A stretch of DNA of 63,268 nt, filler included, from Basidiobolus ranarum (taxonomy: Eukaryota): the NCBI GenBank assembly GCA_040143965.1. It is 29 parts of 29 records of this genome, joined end to end, with 100 filler letters (N's around TTAATTAATTAA, not from the genome) between each part and the next. Parts side by side here need not be neighbours in the genome. Positions count along the whole stretch, not along the records: positions 35,024 to 37,107 come from JASJQH010003802.1; positions 37,208 to 39,290 come from JASJQH010003803.1; positions 39,391 to 41,472 come from JASJQH010003804.1; positions 41,573 to 43,654 come from JASJQH010003805.1; positions 43,755 to 45,835 come from JASJQH010003806.1; positions 45,936 to 48,016 come from JASJQH010003807.1; positions 48,117 to 50,196 come from JASJQH010003808.1; 22 more parts are not named here. The stretch is one strand, 5' to 3'. This document shows, one piece after another, positions 36,030-50,296 of the stretch. Numbering within the stretch: the first letter of the stretch is position 1; each line of letters opens with the position of its first letter. The notes beneath the pieces are model-generated. The model ran no database searches, was not told the DNA's origin, and saw nothing but the letters and a program-made list of their open reading frames with translations. The position numbers and the translations under genes are program-made.

Positions 36030-37002
36030 TAGTTTTGCCCATTGAGTCCACTAACTGTACTTTGCCTCAAAGTATTGATAACACAGCCAAAAGTCAAGAT
36101 ACCATGTAGTTACCACAGTTATATGACCAGAATAATGTAGGTAGAAATGCAAATTTGGTTAAACCAGTAGGTCCAGACAACTTTGAGGACTTGCTGCTAG
36201 ATGTTGACCTTGGTTATTCCAATACTGATAGTAGTATATCAGAAGTCGAAGAAGAAGATGATGATTTTGTTACATACTCTTTGTTATTGGCAATCATTAG
36301 TCCACTCATGACACTTACTGTGAAGGAAGCAGCTTTGATTATTGTGGAGTGGAGAGTTCAATCCAATCTTAGTAACCAGGTGTTTATTGGTTTTCTTAGA
36401 CTTTAAGCACAGTTGATTGGCAACTGTTGCTTGCCACAGACCTGGTACAAGTGGAAAACACTTGTCAACTGTATGACATATAATCCTTCAGTAATTAAAC
36501 TACCTTCATGTCCAAATGGTTGTTTGGCTTTCACCAATGATCTGAAAAACCTGAAGTCATGTACTGCTTGCACACAATTGGTAATCACTGAATCAGGTAA
36601 ATATTGTTCATATTTGGCTTACATACCATTGATTGCCCATCTTAAAGTTTTGATGAAATCACCCAAATATAGATCATTGATCAAACACCAAAGTACTCAC
36701 CATAAAGCTGATGATATTACCAATATACTTTATGGATATCACTACCAGAATCTGAAAAGTCAAAGTTCCTTTGAGAATATGTATGATCATGCACTTGCAT
36801 TGGTCCTGGATGGTTTCTTGCTAAACAAATATACCCTTGGAAAGGCTTGCTGGCAATATTTGAGTTAAATTAAATCTTCCTCCTTGTGAATGGTACAAGG
36901 GTCATAATATTGTGATACTATTAATCATATCTGGACCTAAATCACCAGTGCTTTTAGAGAGCTTCTTGGAGCCTTTGATTGCGGAATTTGAATGGTTGTC
37001 TA
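36030..37002 (+). mobile_element. CACTA/En-Spm-like transposase fragment
   Basis: SCPNGCLAF...KSCTAC, YIPLIAHLK, LALVLDGF, ISGPKSPVLLESFLEPLIAEFEWL. Confidence 0.9.
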
Positions 37003-37107
37003 TGTTGGAGTTTATTGTCTTTATCATATTTGTTATCTCTATCTTTATACACCTAACCATTTCATATATCACATATAAGTTAGTTAACATTACTTACTCA
37101 AATATCA
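37003..37107 (+). mobile_element. Start of Copia LTR family B inserted into the transposase
   Basis: TGTTGGAGTTTATTGTCTTTATCAT matches 27721. Confidence 0.88.
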
Positions 37108-37207
37108 NNNNNNNNNNNNNNNNNNNNNNNNNNNNNNNNNNNNNNNNNNNNTTAATTAATTAANNNNNNNNNNNNNNNNNNNNNNNNNNNNNNNNNNNNN
37201 NNNNNNN

Positions 37208-39290
37208 AAATTAAGCTTGTTTTCCATATATCTGACTCTGAAAATACAGATCTTTGTAATGGTGTGAAGAATTTGGTAAGTGGGACAGTAGAGCCTAAAC
37301 TCACTGGCTCCTTTGCTTTTCCCTTAGGTTTACTAACTTCCTGCTCCTTGAGTGCTTCTTTAGCTGCTTTTCTCTCTTTTCCAAGTCAATAATTGTGTAC
37401 ATTTTTGAGATGTTTTATGAATAGGCTTATACTATCCCATTCCCATTTGCTTGCAAAAACCTAGGATAAGCCACATGAAGTAAGTCAAGAACCTTCAGAG
37501 TAATGCCTGGTTTTTGGTTTTTCCACAATTGGCTCAAATTGAGGAGATTTTGGACAAGATTCTGCACAGTTTCCAAAATGTTAAACCACTCATTATTAGA
37601 GCAAGTGATGGCAGCTCTGCATTCAGAGTCTTTTGGTTTGCTGGTTTTCTTATGAGATTTCTTCTGTCATATACCCAAGCAATTTTTGGTTATTGTGTAG
37701 GCTTAATGGTCTGACACATATACTGCTCTGCTACATTGTCATGGTGACATTCATATGTATGGTGTGGGATTGATTGAAATCCCATATGAGAATGGATGAA
37801 GGGAGCAGGATGTTGCTGTAGCTCTAGTACATCATTCTGAAGGTCTTGTATCATTGTAGAGTGACTCTCTAACTGTTGACTTATTGCTTCAGAATGCTGC
37901 ATTAATTGCAATATTGTAGCATTATTGCTTGCCATGGCCTGTGTAGCAAATTTGTGGTTTTTACTTATAATTGCATACAAATCATTACAGTGTTCTAATT
38001 GTAATAATTCTATCCAAGTTTTCTATGGAGGATTGTTCAATAGTTGGCAAAGTAGCTATTTTGGAAGTTGATGGTCTTGATGATGTTTCTGTTGAACTTT
38101 GCTCCACTATTGACTTACTATGCAATTGGGGTATTACAATCTGTCCACTTGCTCTATCACTAGAAAGGAACACATCTAGTAAATTGAATAATGCTTCATC
38201 ATTACTTGAGTTAGTTTCTGGTATGTTAGTGCCTTCCAAAGTGGATAGTGGATTGCTAGACTGCTCATTAATGAAGTTCTCTGTTCTTGCTGGTTTTTTT
38301 CCTTTTATGCCAGTAGGCTTTTGCATGAAAGCTGATTTTGATTTTGATTTTGAACAATTTTTGGATTGCATTGAAATTTTCAGAAGGTAAACTTGGTGCA
38401 ATGAAATTGGCTAGAAACAGCTTATAATAAACCAAAATTGCCATCTATTACAGGAAATATCTTGCAAATCCCCTGATGACTCATCTGTGACACCATCTCA
38501 GAATCAGCTGATGATATTGATAGGATACACCTAAAATACCACCCTTACATAGGAGATGTTCTACTTTCTACCATATCTTTCTCATGCCTCAATACAAATG
38601 TTTAGAGAAGCTGTGTTATTATTGTCACAAATTTTTGGGCCATGAAAGCCAGAGGCTTCATGGAAAAAAAATCACCAGCATGGTCACTGTACAAAGTCAC
38701 CAGCTGCATAAAGACAGGTGAATATCAACACTAACAAGTGCACAAAATCAACTTTAGTTTTGCCCACTGAGTCCACTGGCTGTGCTTTGCTCAAAGTTTT
38801 GTTAACACTGCCAATACTCAAGATACTCCCTAACAGAAATTTGAGGATTGTTATTGTAGGAAAACCATCACAATTTTAATCCATTTGGGGTTGACCGTTT
38901 ACTTACCATCATAAAAATGTCAAGTTAGATTTGATTTTAATCAATTTTTTCAGTTTCAGGAGTGAAATTTCAAGATCTTGCAAAATAGTTGCAAATGATT
39001 GGCTAAAATCTCAGAGAACTATGGATCAACACATGTGCAAAAAATGTAACTCAAATTTTACAAAATTACCACTTGAATGCTAATTTGTCACCTTTGAAAT
39101 CCCTGGTCTCTTTGATTTATTCTGCTGAATATTTTTATAGAGTTCTTCATACCCAAGGTTTAGCTCATACCCAACATGGGTTTGTATCAATATCTCCATC
39201 AAAGCCCACCATTGTATTAATGTTGCTGAATCAACATTCTTCCAGCTATCTGGCGGATACCCTGCAATATTGTGCCACTCTGTATTAAGT
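37208..39290. mobile_element. CACTA-like element centre (ORF2 -, transposase start +) with a nested terminus at 38828
   Basis: ORF2 at 37208-38400 (-) and zinc-finger-like transposase start at ~38610-38827 (+), then CCCTAACAGAAATTTGAGG. Confidence 0.85.
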
Positions 39291-39739
39291 NNNNNNNNNN
39301 NNNNNNNNNNNNNNNNNNNNNNNNNNNNNNNNNNTTAATTAATTAANNNNNNNNNNNNNNNNNNNNNNNNNNNNNNNNNNNNNNNNNNNNTGTGAGATAG
39401 TATCATTGTAACATTATAAGAAAGTATGCAGGTGGGAAATCTGGCTGCAGATTAGGCTACGTCATTAGTCCCTGCAGACATCTAAGCATGTTGAGTCCAT
39501 GTAGATATGTGAGCTTTGTAAGTCTCAGCAGACATGTGAGTTTCCAGAGCCTTAATGAATTTGTGAGTTCCCTTAGTCTCAGTAGGCTAATGAGCACTAT
39601 GAGCTGTACTACAGGATAATACTATGTTTTCAAGATGTGGGACAGGACATGTTTTTGGACATATGTTACACACTAAGGGTATCGAGTAACACTACGTTAA
39701 TACCATTTTTTATTACCCGATCTGCATACCAAAATTATA

Positions 39740-40010
39740 GAGTAGTACCATATTTATATGCTGCATTGTATGATAATGGCAGATTGTATTAACAATTGTA
39801 GATATTTAAAACTTAGTATGGCTTAAGACTAAAAGAATAGGATAAGTAATCCCAAATAAAATAATGTTTACCAAATTGCATAAGAGTAATGTTTTAAATT
39901 TCAGATTTTGACAATTTTTAAGTTCCTCTTGGAACATTTCCATAAAGGAAACATTTTTAAGTCCTTAGGTGATTCCAGTCCTTACTTGGGTATAAAGTTA
40001 CAATATATTA
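39740..40010 (+). mobile_element. Possible degenerate non-LTR (LINE) RT remnant
   Basis: In order across frameshifts: LYA[DD]CMIMAD-like (TTATATGCTG.ATTGTATGATAATGGCAGAT), YGLRL and PYLGIK, matching the LINE RT YADD / GL.LN / YLG motif order. Confidence 0.35.
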
Positions 40011-41572
40011 GGAGAGTGCTGTCCTAGCTGTCACACCACTTGGTGCTCTTCATCCCCCTGTAAATCAAATCATAAAAATTTTGTACTCTAGAGCAGCCTG
40101 GCATAAGTGGCTGATGGAAGAAGAGAGTATTTGTGGTTGTTACCAGGGATACATTTTAAGATAATTTGTAACTTTATCAAAGATGATTAGCTTTGCCTGA
40201 TCAAGTCTATCCTGCTAAAAATGCATTAGGATGCAAGATCAAAGTGATCCCAATTGCAGTTAATGATTATTGGACTCGGGAATTATGAGAAAATTGGAGG
40301 AATGCCTGCTGAAGGAGCGCCTGATGAAGTGTCTCTGAAGGTATTTAGAGACTTGTTTTGAGCTTCCTATGCTAATTTTTACAATGCCAACAGAGTCATC
40401 ATTGTGCCAGAATTTGGTGATGTAGAAGCTGTTTGGATGACACAAGGTATTCTTCAAGGAGTATTCCCTTGATGACAAATTGTTCCCTTGAAAATCAATT
40501 ATGTCGCAACGGGTGGTGGATGTAATCATTGTGCAACTCATGACCAACCTGAAGCTTAGATATTCTTTATTGCTATGCCGACGTTTTTGATTGGACAATA
40601 AGAATAGCAAACATCCCTTACCCCATTACCTTCTAGAGCACATATCCACCCACCAACTCCTCCTATCTTTAGACTGCTTAATGCTTTCAGTGGGACATTA
40701 CAATAATGAATGATAAGAGTACTAAATGAAGAGCCTATATATAAAGGTCAAATTTGATCACAGAAACCCACATAAGTGGAGCAAGAATTAGTTTATGCAC
40801 TTTCTCCATTCTTTGTAAGTGTTGTTTATATAGGGTTTAGGTTCTTGATGCTTTTTGGTCACACCTGAAGCTGGCTATGTAAGTAACACCAAGTATATCC
40901 ATCCACTGTGACAAATATCTTGGTTGTTTCTGAGATAAGAACTTTCAATAACTTTCTATAAATGATGTTGTTGTACAGGATTCAAAATTTGCAGCGTCAT
41001 CAGATATGTTGGTATATTTATTCAATGCTTGGCAACTACACTTAATATATTTGCTGCCACTAGTATCCTTCCAATTAGTACCCTAACACTAAATCCAATC
41101 TAAGAAATATCAAGCTTAAAAGTAGCCAGTCTACTAATGGTCAAATTAAAAACTTAAAAGCTTTTGGAGTCTGAAGAAAAAATATCCTCACATTAGTTTC
41201 CCAGTGTCTTGCAAATTAAAAAAAATCATAACAAATTTAATATCTGAGACATTTCCCATAATTTATAAAAATATCAAAACCTTGAATGGGCTCTGTTATA
41301 ATGTTGGAAACAGTGTCACTTGCTCTGAAGTGTCAAAGGTTAGAGTTCTGACCTTTGGTAAATTTGGGCAAGCTCAATTTTTCCCATGTACTAGTGACTC
41401 GATTATATTGTGAAAGAAGGGTTTACATCAGGGATTACATCCCCCAAACCCCCTGCTTTGTTTTATAGTGAGNNNNNNNNNNNNNNNNNNNNNNNNNNNN
41501 NNNNNNNNNNNNNNNNTTAATTAATTAANNNNNNNNNNNNNNNNNNNNNNNNNNNNNNNNNNNNNNNNNNNN

Positions 41573-43654
41573 ACTCAGTGGGCAAAACTAAAGTTGATTT
41601 TGTGCACTTATTACTGTTGTTATCCACCTGCCTCTGTAAAGTGACCATGCTTGTGATTAATTTTTCTATAAAGTTTCTGGCTTTCATAGCACAAGAATTT
41701 GAGACAATAATAGCAGGACTTTAGTAAATCTTTGTGTTGCAGCATGAGAAGAATATTGTAGAAAAGCAAGCATCTTGAATGTAAGGGTGGTGTTGTAGGT
41801 ATTGCCCATCAATATCATCAGCAGATTCCGAGATGGTGTCACAGATAGGTCATCAGGAGACTTACAGGATATTCCTGGTAATGGATGGCAATTTATATTA
41901 ATTGTAAGCACTTTCTGAGTAATTTCAATATGCCAGGCTTACCATCTGAAAATATCAATGCCATTCAAGAAGCACTTATAGTCTAAATCAAAATTGGCTT
42001 CCTAGCAAAAGCCTGCTGGCACAAAAGGAAAAACCAGCAAGAACAGGGGACTTAATTGATGAGCAGTCTAGTAATCAACTAACCAATTTGGAAAGCATTA
42101 TCATATTAGAAATCAACTCAAGTAATGATGAAGCATTAATCAATTTACCAGATGTGTTTCTTTCTAGCAATAGTGCAAGTGAAAAGATTATAATCCCCCA
42201 ATTACACAGTAAATCATTAGTTGAGCAAAGTTCAACAGAAATGCCATCAAGACCATCAACTTCCTAAATGGCTACTTTGGCATTTATTGAACAACCCTCT
42301 GCATAAAATTTGGATAGAATAATTACAACATGGGAATCCCAAGCAGAATAGCACAATGATTTGTATGCATTGATAAGTAAAAACTACAAAGTTGATATAC
42401 AGGCCCTGAAAAGCAATAATGCTGGAATATTGCAATTAATGCACTGTTCTGCAGCAACTAGTCAACCATTAGAGAATCACTCAACAATGATTCAAGACCT
42501 TCAGAAATCTGTACTTGACCTACAGCAACATGCTACTCCCTTTGTCCATTCTTATTTGGGTTACAGATCAATTTCTCAGCATACTTACAAACATCCCTAT
42601 GACAAGCTAGTAGAGCAGAACATGTGTTTGACCATTAAGCCTACACAACAACCCAAAATTGCTTGGGCTCATGAAAGTAAAAATCTCATAGGAGCCAATC
42701 ATGGAAAAACCAAAAACTAGTTTTACTCTGAGGGTTCTTGACTTATTTCTTGTAATTTATCCTGGGTTTTTGCAAGTAAATAGCAATTAGGCTTGTATAG
42801 GCCTATTCATGAAACATCTCAAAAATGTACATAATTATTGACCAGCCAAAGAAAGAAACTCAGCTAATGAACTAATCAAGGAGCAGGAAGTTAGTAAACC
42901 CAAGGGAAAACCAAAGGAGCCAGTGAGTTTGGGATCTACTGTACCACCTATTAAATTCTTCTCATCATTACAAAAATCTGTATTTCCAGAGTTGGATATA
43001 CTAGCGTAAAAGGTTAAATTCACCATGTAACTAGGTACACCAGTAGGATGAGTGCTAAATTTGAAAGTTTACCCAATACATTGCACCTCTCACCAAGCCA
43101 AAATAGCTGCAATTAAAGCTCATGGCTCTCCAACATCAACTGGTATTTTTCAAAGTGTTGATATTAGCCCCATACTTAAAGGCAGACAAAAAGCTGCACA
43201 CCCACCACTAATCACCCTCAGTAGTGTCAAAATACATGGAAATAAAAAATAATAAAGGTGCTTGAGGAATATTTTCAAGAGCATGAAGGAAAAAATGCAG
43301 TGAAAGTATGCAGAAAGTGGCTTCAGAAGAAGAGCATTCAACTTGACATTCAGTCTGATGTTGATCATGCAGATATCTGAGAAGAACTTAATATCCTTAC
43401 AGAAATTTGAGGATTGTTACCATAGGAAAACTGTCAAAATTTTAATCCATGTGGGATTGACCATTTACTTACCTTCATAAAATTGTCAAGTTGGATTTGA
43501 TTTTGGTCAATTTTTTCAGTTTCATAAGTGAAATTTCAAGATCTTGGAAAATAGTTGCACATGATTGGCTACAATCTCAGAGAACTATAGATCAACATAT
43601 GTGCACAAAACAAAATTTAAATTTTACACATATACCACCTGAATGCTTATTTGT
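41573..43654. mobile_element. CACTA-like element: transposase start (-), near-complete ORF2 (+), nested terminus at 43394
   Basis: LYALISKNYKVDIQAL...QDLQKSVLDLQQH...KPTQQPKIAWAHES, and TCCTTACAGAAATTTGAGG terminus variant. Confidence 0.85.
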
Positions 43655-43754
43655 NNNNNNNNNNNNNNNNNNNNNNNNNNNNNNNNNNNNNNNNNNNNTT
43701 AATTAATTAANNNNNNNNNNNNNNNNNNNNNNNNNNNNNNNNNNNNNNNNNNNN

Positions 43755-45835
43755 TCTCTGACAGTTCTGCTATTTTGGAGGGTGGATCCGATCCAGATGA
43801 AATTAATTTTATTTTTGTTGGAGATAACAGTATGAAACTATTATATAAAAATAACCTATGTATTGGAATGGATCTTAAGCCCTCAGGTATTATTAAATGT
43901 CAAAGCTTTATTCAAGGGAAAATCACCAGAAGACCATTTCTAAAAGAAGGAGCTAGCAAAGCCAAAGATTTATTGGATTTTATTCATAGAGACTCATGTG
44001 GCCCAATGCAAACTCTGACATCAAGTAAGCGACAATATTCACTCATCTTTATTGGTGATAAATCTCACTTCACAGTTTCAAATCTTCTGTCAAGCAAAGG
44101 AGAAGTGTTTCAATATTTCAAGATATATGAAGCAATGGTCACAACCATAGCAGGAAGAAAAATCAAATACCAATGTAGTTATAATGGAACTGAATTTAGC
44201 AATGAAGTCATGACTAGCTTTTGTCAAGAAAAGGGAATTCAGCAGCTACTTACTATTCCATATAGTGCAGAACAAAATGGAGTTGCAGAAAGGATGAATG
44301 GGACTTTAGTAGAGAAAGCATGTTCAATGCTGATTGATTCAGATCTGCCCAAGACCTATTGGTGCAAAGCTATTTTAACAGCTACATATCTCAACAATAG
44401 ATGTCCAACACATAGCAACCATGACTTTAAAACTCCTATTGAAATCTGGACTGGAAACAAGCCTGATCTGAATCATCTCAAAATTTGTTATCAATAGTAT
44501 ATACTCATATTCCTAAGCCTCAGCATAGGAAATTGGACAAAAAGGCAATTAAATATATTGTATTAGGATATCAGAACAAAGGTTATTGTCTCCTAATTGC
44601 TGTCACAAATCAAATCCCAACTCCAGAGATACTATACTCATTGAAGAAAATCTCAAATCATCTAATCAAGGGAATTTGATTTTGGCTGAAAATCAATTTC
44701 TCAATAACTTAAATCCAAGTTAATGAGTTCTGAAACCAATCTTGAGCTAACAAGTACTGGAACCAACTTGGAAAATGATCCATTAGAAAAGATACTAGAA
44801 TTAGGCCAAATTTGGAATCTGAAACTATCTTTCAATATTATCCAAATTTAGAAAATATTATATCTGGGACAAGGTCTAAAACATCAGCCACCAATGAATA
44901 TATGACAAAGCTTAAATCATTACCAATCTGTGTGGTGAACATTCATAGCAGAAAATCAATAAGCAATAATCCTGTCTCAAACATCACTACAAGAACTGAA
45001 ACCAAGGAGAACAAACCATTATATGATATTTTGGAACCAAGCAGCTATTCAAGTAGTGAAGCATTAGGCAGCACTGGAAATACACTAATTTATACCAGAA
45101 AACCCAATAATTACTCTGAGGATACTGATAATTTGGAACCAGTTTCTGGAAATCAGCACATTATCTCTGCCAATGAAAAGTATGGTAATCAAAAAAGGAT
45201 ATTTTTCCAGCCAATTGGGAATCAGGAAATTGGGCTCAGAAACCAGGCAATTATTTTCTGACCAATCATATAGCTAAAAAATATCCTACTCTTGATTTGG
45301 CTGATGTTGGATGCAATCAATTATTGAAAGTGTGCAATCACTCATAGCAAGTATTCATTCAATCACAAAATTCAGGCAATCAGGCCTCAGAAATCCTAGC
45401 AAGTGCAAATCAGAAATATCCTTTGGGTAAGACATCTGACCATTCTACCAAGAACTTTGGATGTCTCAAATCAGAGCATGAAATCAATGTATTCAATTCA
45501 GAAAAAGGCAGGAATATATCTGCACATATAGCATTTTTTGAACCAGAACTCAGATAGATATATCTATCAATACAAAGCAAGATTAGTAGTAAAAGTCTAG
45601 GCTCAGAAACATAGCATTGACTATGATGAAACATTTTCTCCTGTTGCTAAGTTTACCTGAATCAGAGTAATCCTGGCCATTACTACCCACCAAGGAATGC
45701 TGATTGAACAAATGGATGTCAAGAGAGCATTTCTTAATGGAGAAATTGATGAAGATATATACATGGATCAACCAGAGGGATATATTGCAAAAGGAAAAGA
45801 AAATCAAATATGCAAACTACAGAGAAGTCTATATG
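43755..45835 (+). mobile_element. Degenerate Ty1/Copia integrase-RT, a distinct family with a long IN-RT spacer
   Basis: LDFIHRDSCGPM, EQNGVAERMNGTLVEKACSML, TATYLNNRCP, QMDVKRAFLNGEIDEDIYMDQPEGY...CKLQRSLY. Confidence 0.95.
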
Positions 45836-45935
45836 NNNNNNNNNNNNNNNNNNNNNNNNNNNNNNNNNNNNNNNNNNNNTTAATTAATTAANNNNNNNNN
45901 NNNNNNNNNNNNNNNNNNNNNNNNNNNNNNNNNNN

Positions 45936-48016
45936 ACCTGCAGAGTAATGCCTGGTTTCTGTTTTTCCATGATTGGCTCAAATCCAGATGATTTTGGGCA
46001 AGAGTCTGCACATTTTCCAAAATGTTAAACCAGTCATCATCCAAGCAAGTGATGGCAACTTTGACATTCAGAGTCTTTTGGTTTGCCCTTTTTCCTATGA
46101 GATTTCTACATTCATTCGAAGCAATTTTGGGTCATTGTGTAGGCTTAATGTTCCAACACATATTATGCTTTGCTAGATTGTCATGGTGACATACATATGT
46201 ATGGTGTTGATTGATTGGAATCCCATATAAGAATGGATGGAGGGAGCATCATGTTGCTGTAGCTCAAGTGCAGCATTCTTAAGGTCTTGAGTCATTTTTG
46301 AGTGACTCTCTAACTGTTAACTGGTTGCTTCTGAATGCTGCATAAATTACAATATTGCTGCATTATTACTTGTGATGACCTATATAGCAACTTTGTTGTT
46401 TTTACTTATGATTGCATACAAATCATTATGGTGTTCTGCCTGTAATTACCTTGTTGTAATGATTCCATCCAAATTTTCAGCAGAGGGTTGTTAAATTGTG
46501 GGCATAGTAGCCATTTTGGAAGTTGATGGTCTTTACCATGTTTTGGTTGAACTTTGCTCAACCATTGATTTAATATGTAATTGGGGGATTACAAGCTCTT
46601 CACTTGCAATATTGCTGGAATGGAACACATCTGGCCAATTGATTAGTAATACATCATTACTTGAGTTGGTTTATGGCGTGTTAATGCCTTCCAAAGTGGA
46701 TAGTGGATCACTAGACTACTCATCAATTATGTCCTCTTACCACTTACTGTAAAGGAAGCATCTTTGATTATTGAGGAGTGAAGAGTTCAATCCAATCTTA
46801 GCAACCAGGTGTTCATTGGTTTTCTTACACTTTTACCACAGTTGATTGGCAACTGTTGCTTTCCACAGACCTGGTACCAGTGGAAAACACTTGTCAATTG
46901 TATAACTGATAATCCTTCAGTAATTAAACTACCTTTGTGTCCAAATGGTTGTTGGGCTTTCACTGGTGATCTGAATAACCTGAAATCATGTACTGTTTGC
47001 ACACAATTGGCAATCCTGTAATCAGTTAAATATTGTTCATACTTGGCTAGCATACCATTGATATGCCATCTTAAAGTTTTGATGAAATCACACAAAAATA
47101 GATCATTGATCCAATACCAAGGTACTCACTGTAATGCTGATGAAACTACCAATATACTTGATGGATGTCACTACCAGAAGCTGAAAAGTCATGGTTTCTT
47201 TGAGAACATGTATGTTCATGCATTTGCATTGGCTCTGGATGGTTTCTTGCTAAATAAATATACTGCTGGAAAGGCTTGCTGGCCAATAATTTTAATTAAC
47301 TTAAATCTTCCACCTTCTAAATGGTATAAGGGTCATAATATTTTGAGACTATTCATCATATCTGGACATAAATCACAAGTGATTATAGTTAGCTTCTTGG
47401 ATCCTTTGATTGCAGAATTTCAATGATTTTCTAGTGGAGTTCAGATTGGTGAATATTTTATTAAAGCTATTATCACTTTATGTATTGGTGGCAATCCTGC
47501 TGTCACAATAAGGAACTGAACTTGGACTCATCAGTAAACTTGGAGTTTCTTGCAGGCACAATGCACTATCTTGCTACAGATTTTGTCAATTCAATGGATT
47601 CTACTCCATCAGGCAAATGCAATACTATTATCTAAATACAAACCTAAATTCCATGATCTTACTATCAAGAGGCCAATCAGATTTCTACATGATCACTGAT
47701 ATCAATTCACCAAATAGTTAGTCTAACATCAAACTTAGTATTAGCCATAGGCCTGAGATTATATTGCTAAAGGGGATCATCTGGTGCCACAGCTTCCCAT
47801 TTGGCATTATCCATTACTATTCAACAACACTCCAATACTACTTACTCAGTTATATGGTGGAAAGTTCAATATGAATGAGCAATTTGAGGGAGTATCAAAG
47901 ATTGAATTGATTGGGAAAATACTTGAAAACATCAAGATACCATCATATTTTACCATGACTCCCATCTATATCCACTCATCTTGGCATTTACTCAAGTGCA
48001 AGGCTAGAAGTAATGT
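45936..48016. mobile_element. Internally deleted CACTA-like element
   Basis: ORF2 (-) at 45936-~46735 is joined directly to transposase sequence (+) LTVKEA...LALDGF...CWPIILINLNLPP. The intergenic region and both 5' ends seen in other copies are missing. Confidence 0.85.
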
Positions 48017-48513
48017 NNNNNNNNNNNNNNNNNNNNNNNNNNNNNNNNNNNNNNNNNNNNTTAATTAATTAANNNNNNNNNNNNNNNNNNNNNNNNNNNN
48101 NNNNNNNNNNNNNNNNTTGCCAGTATATCTGACTCCAGAAATGAAGATCTTTGTAATGGTGTGAAGAATTTGGTAAGTGGGACAGGAGAGCCTAAACTAA
48201 CATGCCCCTTTGCCTTTCCTATGGGTTTACTAACTTCCTGCTCCCTGAATACTTTTTTAGCTGCTTTTCTTTCTGCTCCAAGTCAATAATTACATATATT
48301 TTTCAGATGTTTCATGAATAGGTCTATAGTAGCTCAATTGCCATATGCTTGCAAAAACCCAGCATAAGCCACATGAAATAAGTCAGGAACCTTCAGAGTA
48401 ACACCCAGTTTTGGTTTTTCCACAATTGGCTTGAATCCAGGTGATTTTGGCAAGATTCCACACAGTTGCCAAAATGTTAAACCACTCATCATAAGAGAAA
48501 GTGATGGCAGTAC

Positions 48514-49177
48514 TGTAGTTGTTTTAGGGTGTAGACAGCAACTATAACTGCAGTATCCTAAGGGTCTTGTGAGATGTTCAAAGGGTGCAAGAACCATGGT
48601 TGAATGACTCTGGGATGTACTGTAATATGGATCTGACTCTTGCCTCTTGGGTCTTTGTCAATGGAAATTAAGCCTCTAGAAATGTCTAACGACTGATAAA
48701 CCACAATGCAATGTCCAGCTCTCTGTTGAATAACATGCTGGTGCCTGACAAAAGAATATACTGGCTTCAGTGTCCTTTAAGAATGATCCCACAAAAAGGG
48801 TATATCCAATCAAAAATAATGAATGTTCCAGAAGGTTGTAGATTAATCTAGAAAGTCATGGAATATTCCAGCAAAATCAAGTTTTGATTGATCAAAACTC
48901 AATCAATCATCAAATTTTCCAAGATTATTGTGGTATGTTCTGGAAGATTGTTGAATATTCCAGAAAATAATAGGGTTAATGTGGGTTCATACTGATAAAT
49001 CTGAAATAATAGGGGATAATACTGATGGTGTGATAAGTTTGGCTAGTAAATATAGGTAAGTCAAATATGGATAAGTTAAACATGGTTAATACAATAGCAA
49101 TTTTGCAATAGTAATGGTATGAGCTTGGAGTGTAAATAAGTCAACCGGCCAGTGGGTAGCAATGCTGCCCCACTACA
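48514..49177 (-). mobile_element. Solo LTR (664 bp), probably Ty3/Gypsy-type, inserted in CACTA ORF2
   Basis: GTAC|TGTAGT...ACTACA|GTGC: inverted termini and a near-identical 4-bp TSD. The host sequence GTGATGGCA...CTGACATTCAGAG resumes after it. Confidence 0.75.
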
Positions 49178-49364
49178 GTGCTGACATTCAGAGTCATTTG
49201 GTTTGCCAGATTTTCTACAAGATTTCTACTTTCATGTGCTCAAGCAATTTTGGTTTGTTGAGTAGGCTTAATGGTCCAACACATATTCTGCTCTAATAGA
49301 TTATCATGGCAACATTCATATGTATGATGTGAGATTGATTGAAATCCTGTATGAGAAAAGATGG

Positions 49365-50196
49365 TGTAGTGGGGGAGCATTTCTACCCACTAGCATGTTG
49401 ACTTATTTCCACTCCAAGCTTATATCATTACTATTGCACAATTTCTAATTTTTTATTCACATTTGACTTATCAATATCTTCTAGCCAATCATATTGCACC
49501 ATTAGTCTTATGCCCAATTATTTCAGATTTATTAGTAATAACCCACAATAGCCCTACTATTATCTGGAAAATTCTACAATCTTCCAGATCATTCCATAAG
49601 ATTCTTGGAATATTTGAAGATTGATTGAGTTTTGACCAATGAAAACTTGATTTTGCCAGGACATTCCATCACTTTCTGTATTATCATACAACCTTCCAGA
49701 ACATTCCATGGATTACTAATCTTATGATTTATGATGATATCATGACCCCAGATCCCCACCAATTGAATTCTTTGGAACTTTCAGGAAATTCTCATTAGTA
49801 ATCATTTCTACCATCAGAAAAATATAAATAGGAGCCATATCTTTTCAAATAAAAATTATCTTGGTTTTCAACTAACAATTACTACTTGTGATCATCCCTT
49901 ATTTTCATCACCACTTATGAGACATTTGAAGGGAAGCCCAAGAGAGACTACTAGAGGCAGTTACAGGCTACTGTGTGACTGGAAAGAAGTTGACCAGCTC
50001 AAAAGAAGGACTGACAGGTAGGTGTTATATTTCTGATACTTTATTTTTTTCCCTAGCATTGTCTGCATAGGCAAGGAACTTTTCATATCCTTGGATAAAT
50101 CACTGATAGTGCATCCTTTTTTAAGATCCAGCTGGCTGAGTTTACAGTTGCTTTTGATTGGATGTACCCTTTTTATCTGATTATTCTCAGAGGACA
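49365..50196 (+). mobile_element. Second, longer copy of the same LTR in opposite orientation (3'-truncated)
   Basis: TGTAGTGGGGGAGCATTTCTACCCACT is the reverse complement of the 49150-49177 end. Similarity runs ~330 bp, with a TATATAAATA box at ~49823. Confidence 0.75.
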
Positions 50197-50296
50197 NNNN
50201 NNNNNNNNNNNNNNNNNNNNNNNNNNNNNNNNNNNNNNNNTTAATTAATTAANNNNNNNNNNNNNNNNNNNNNNNNNNNNNNNNNNNNNNNNNNNN

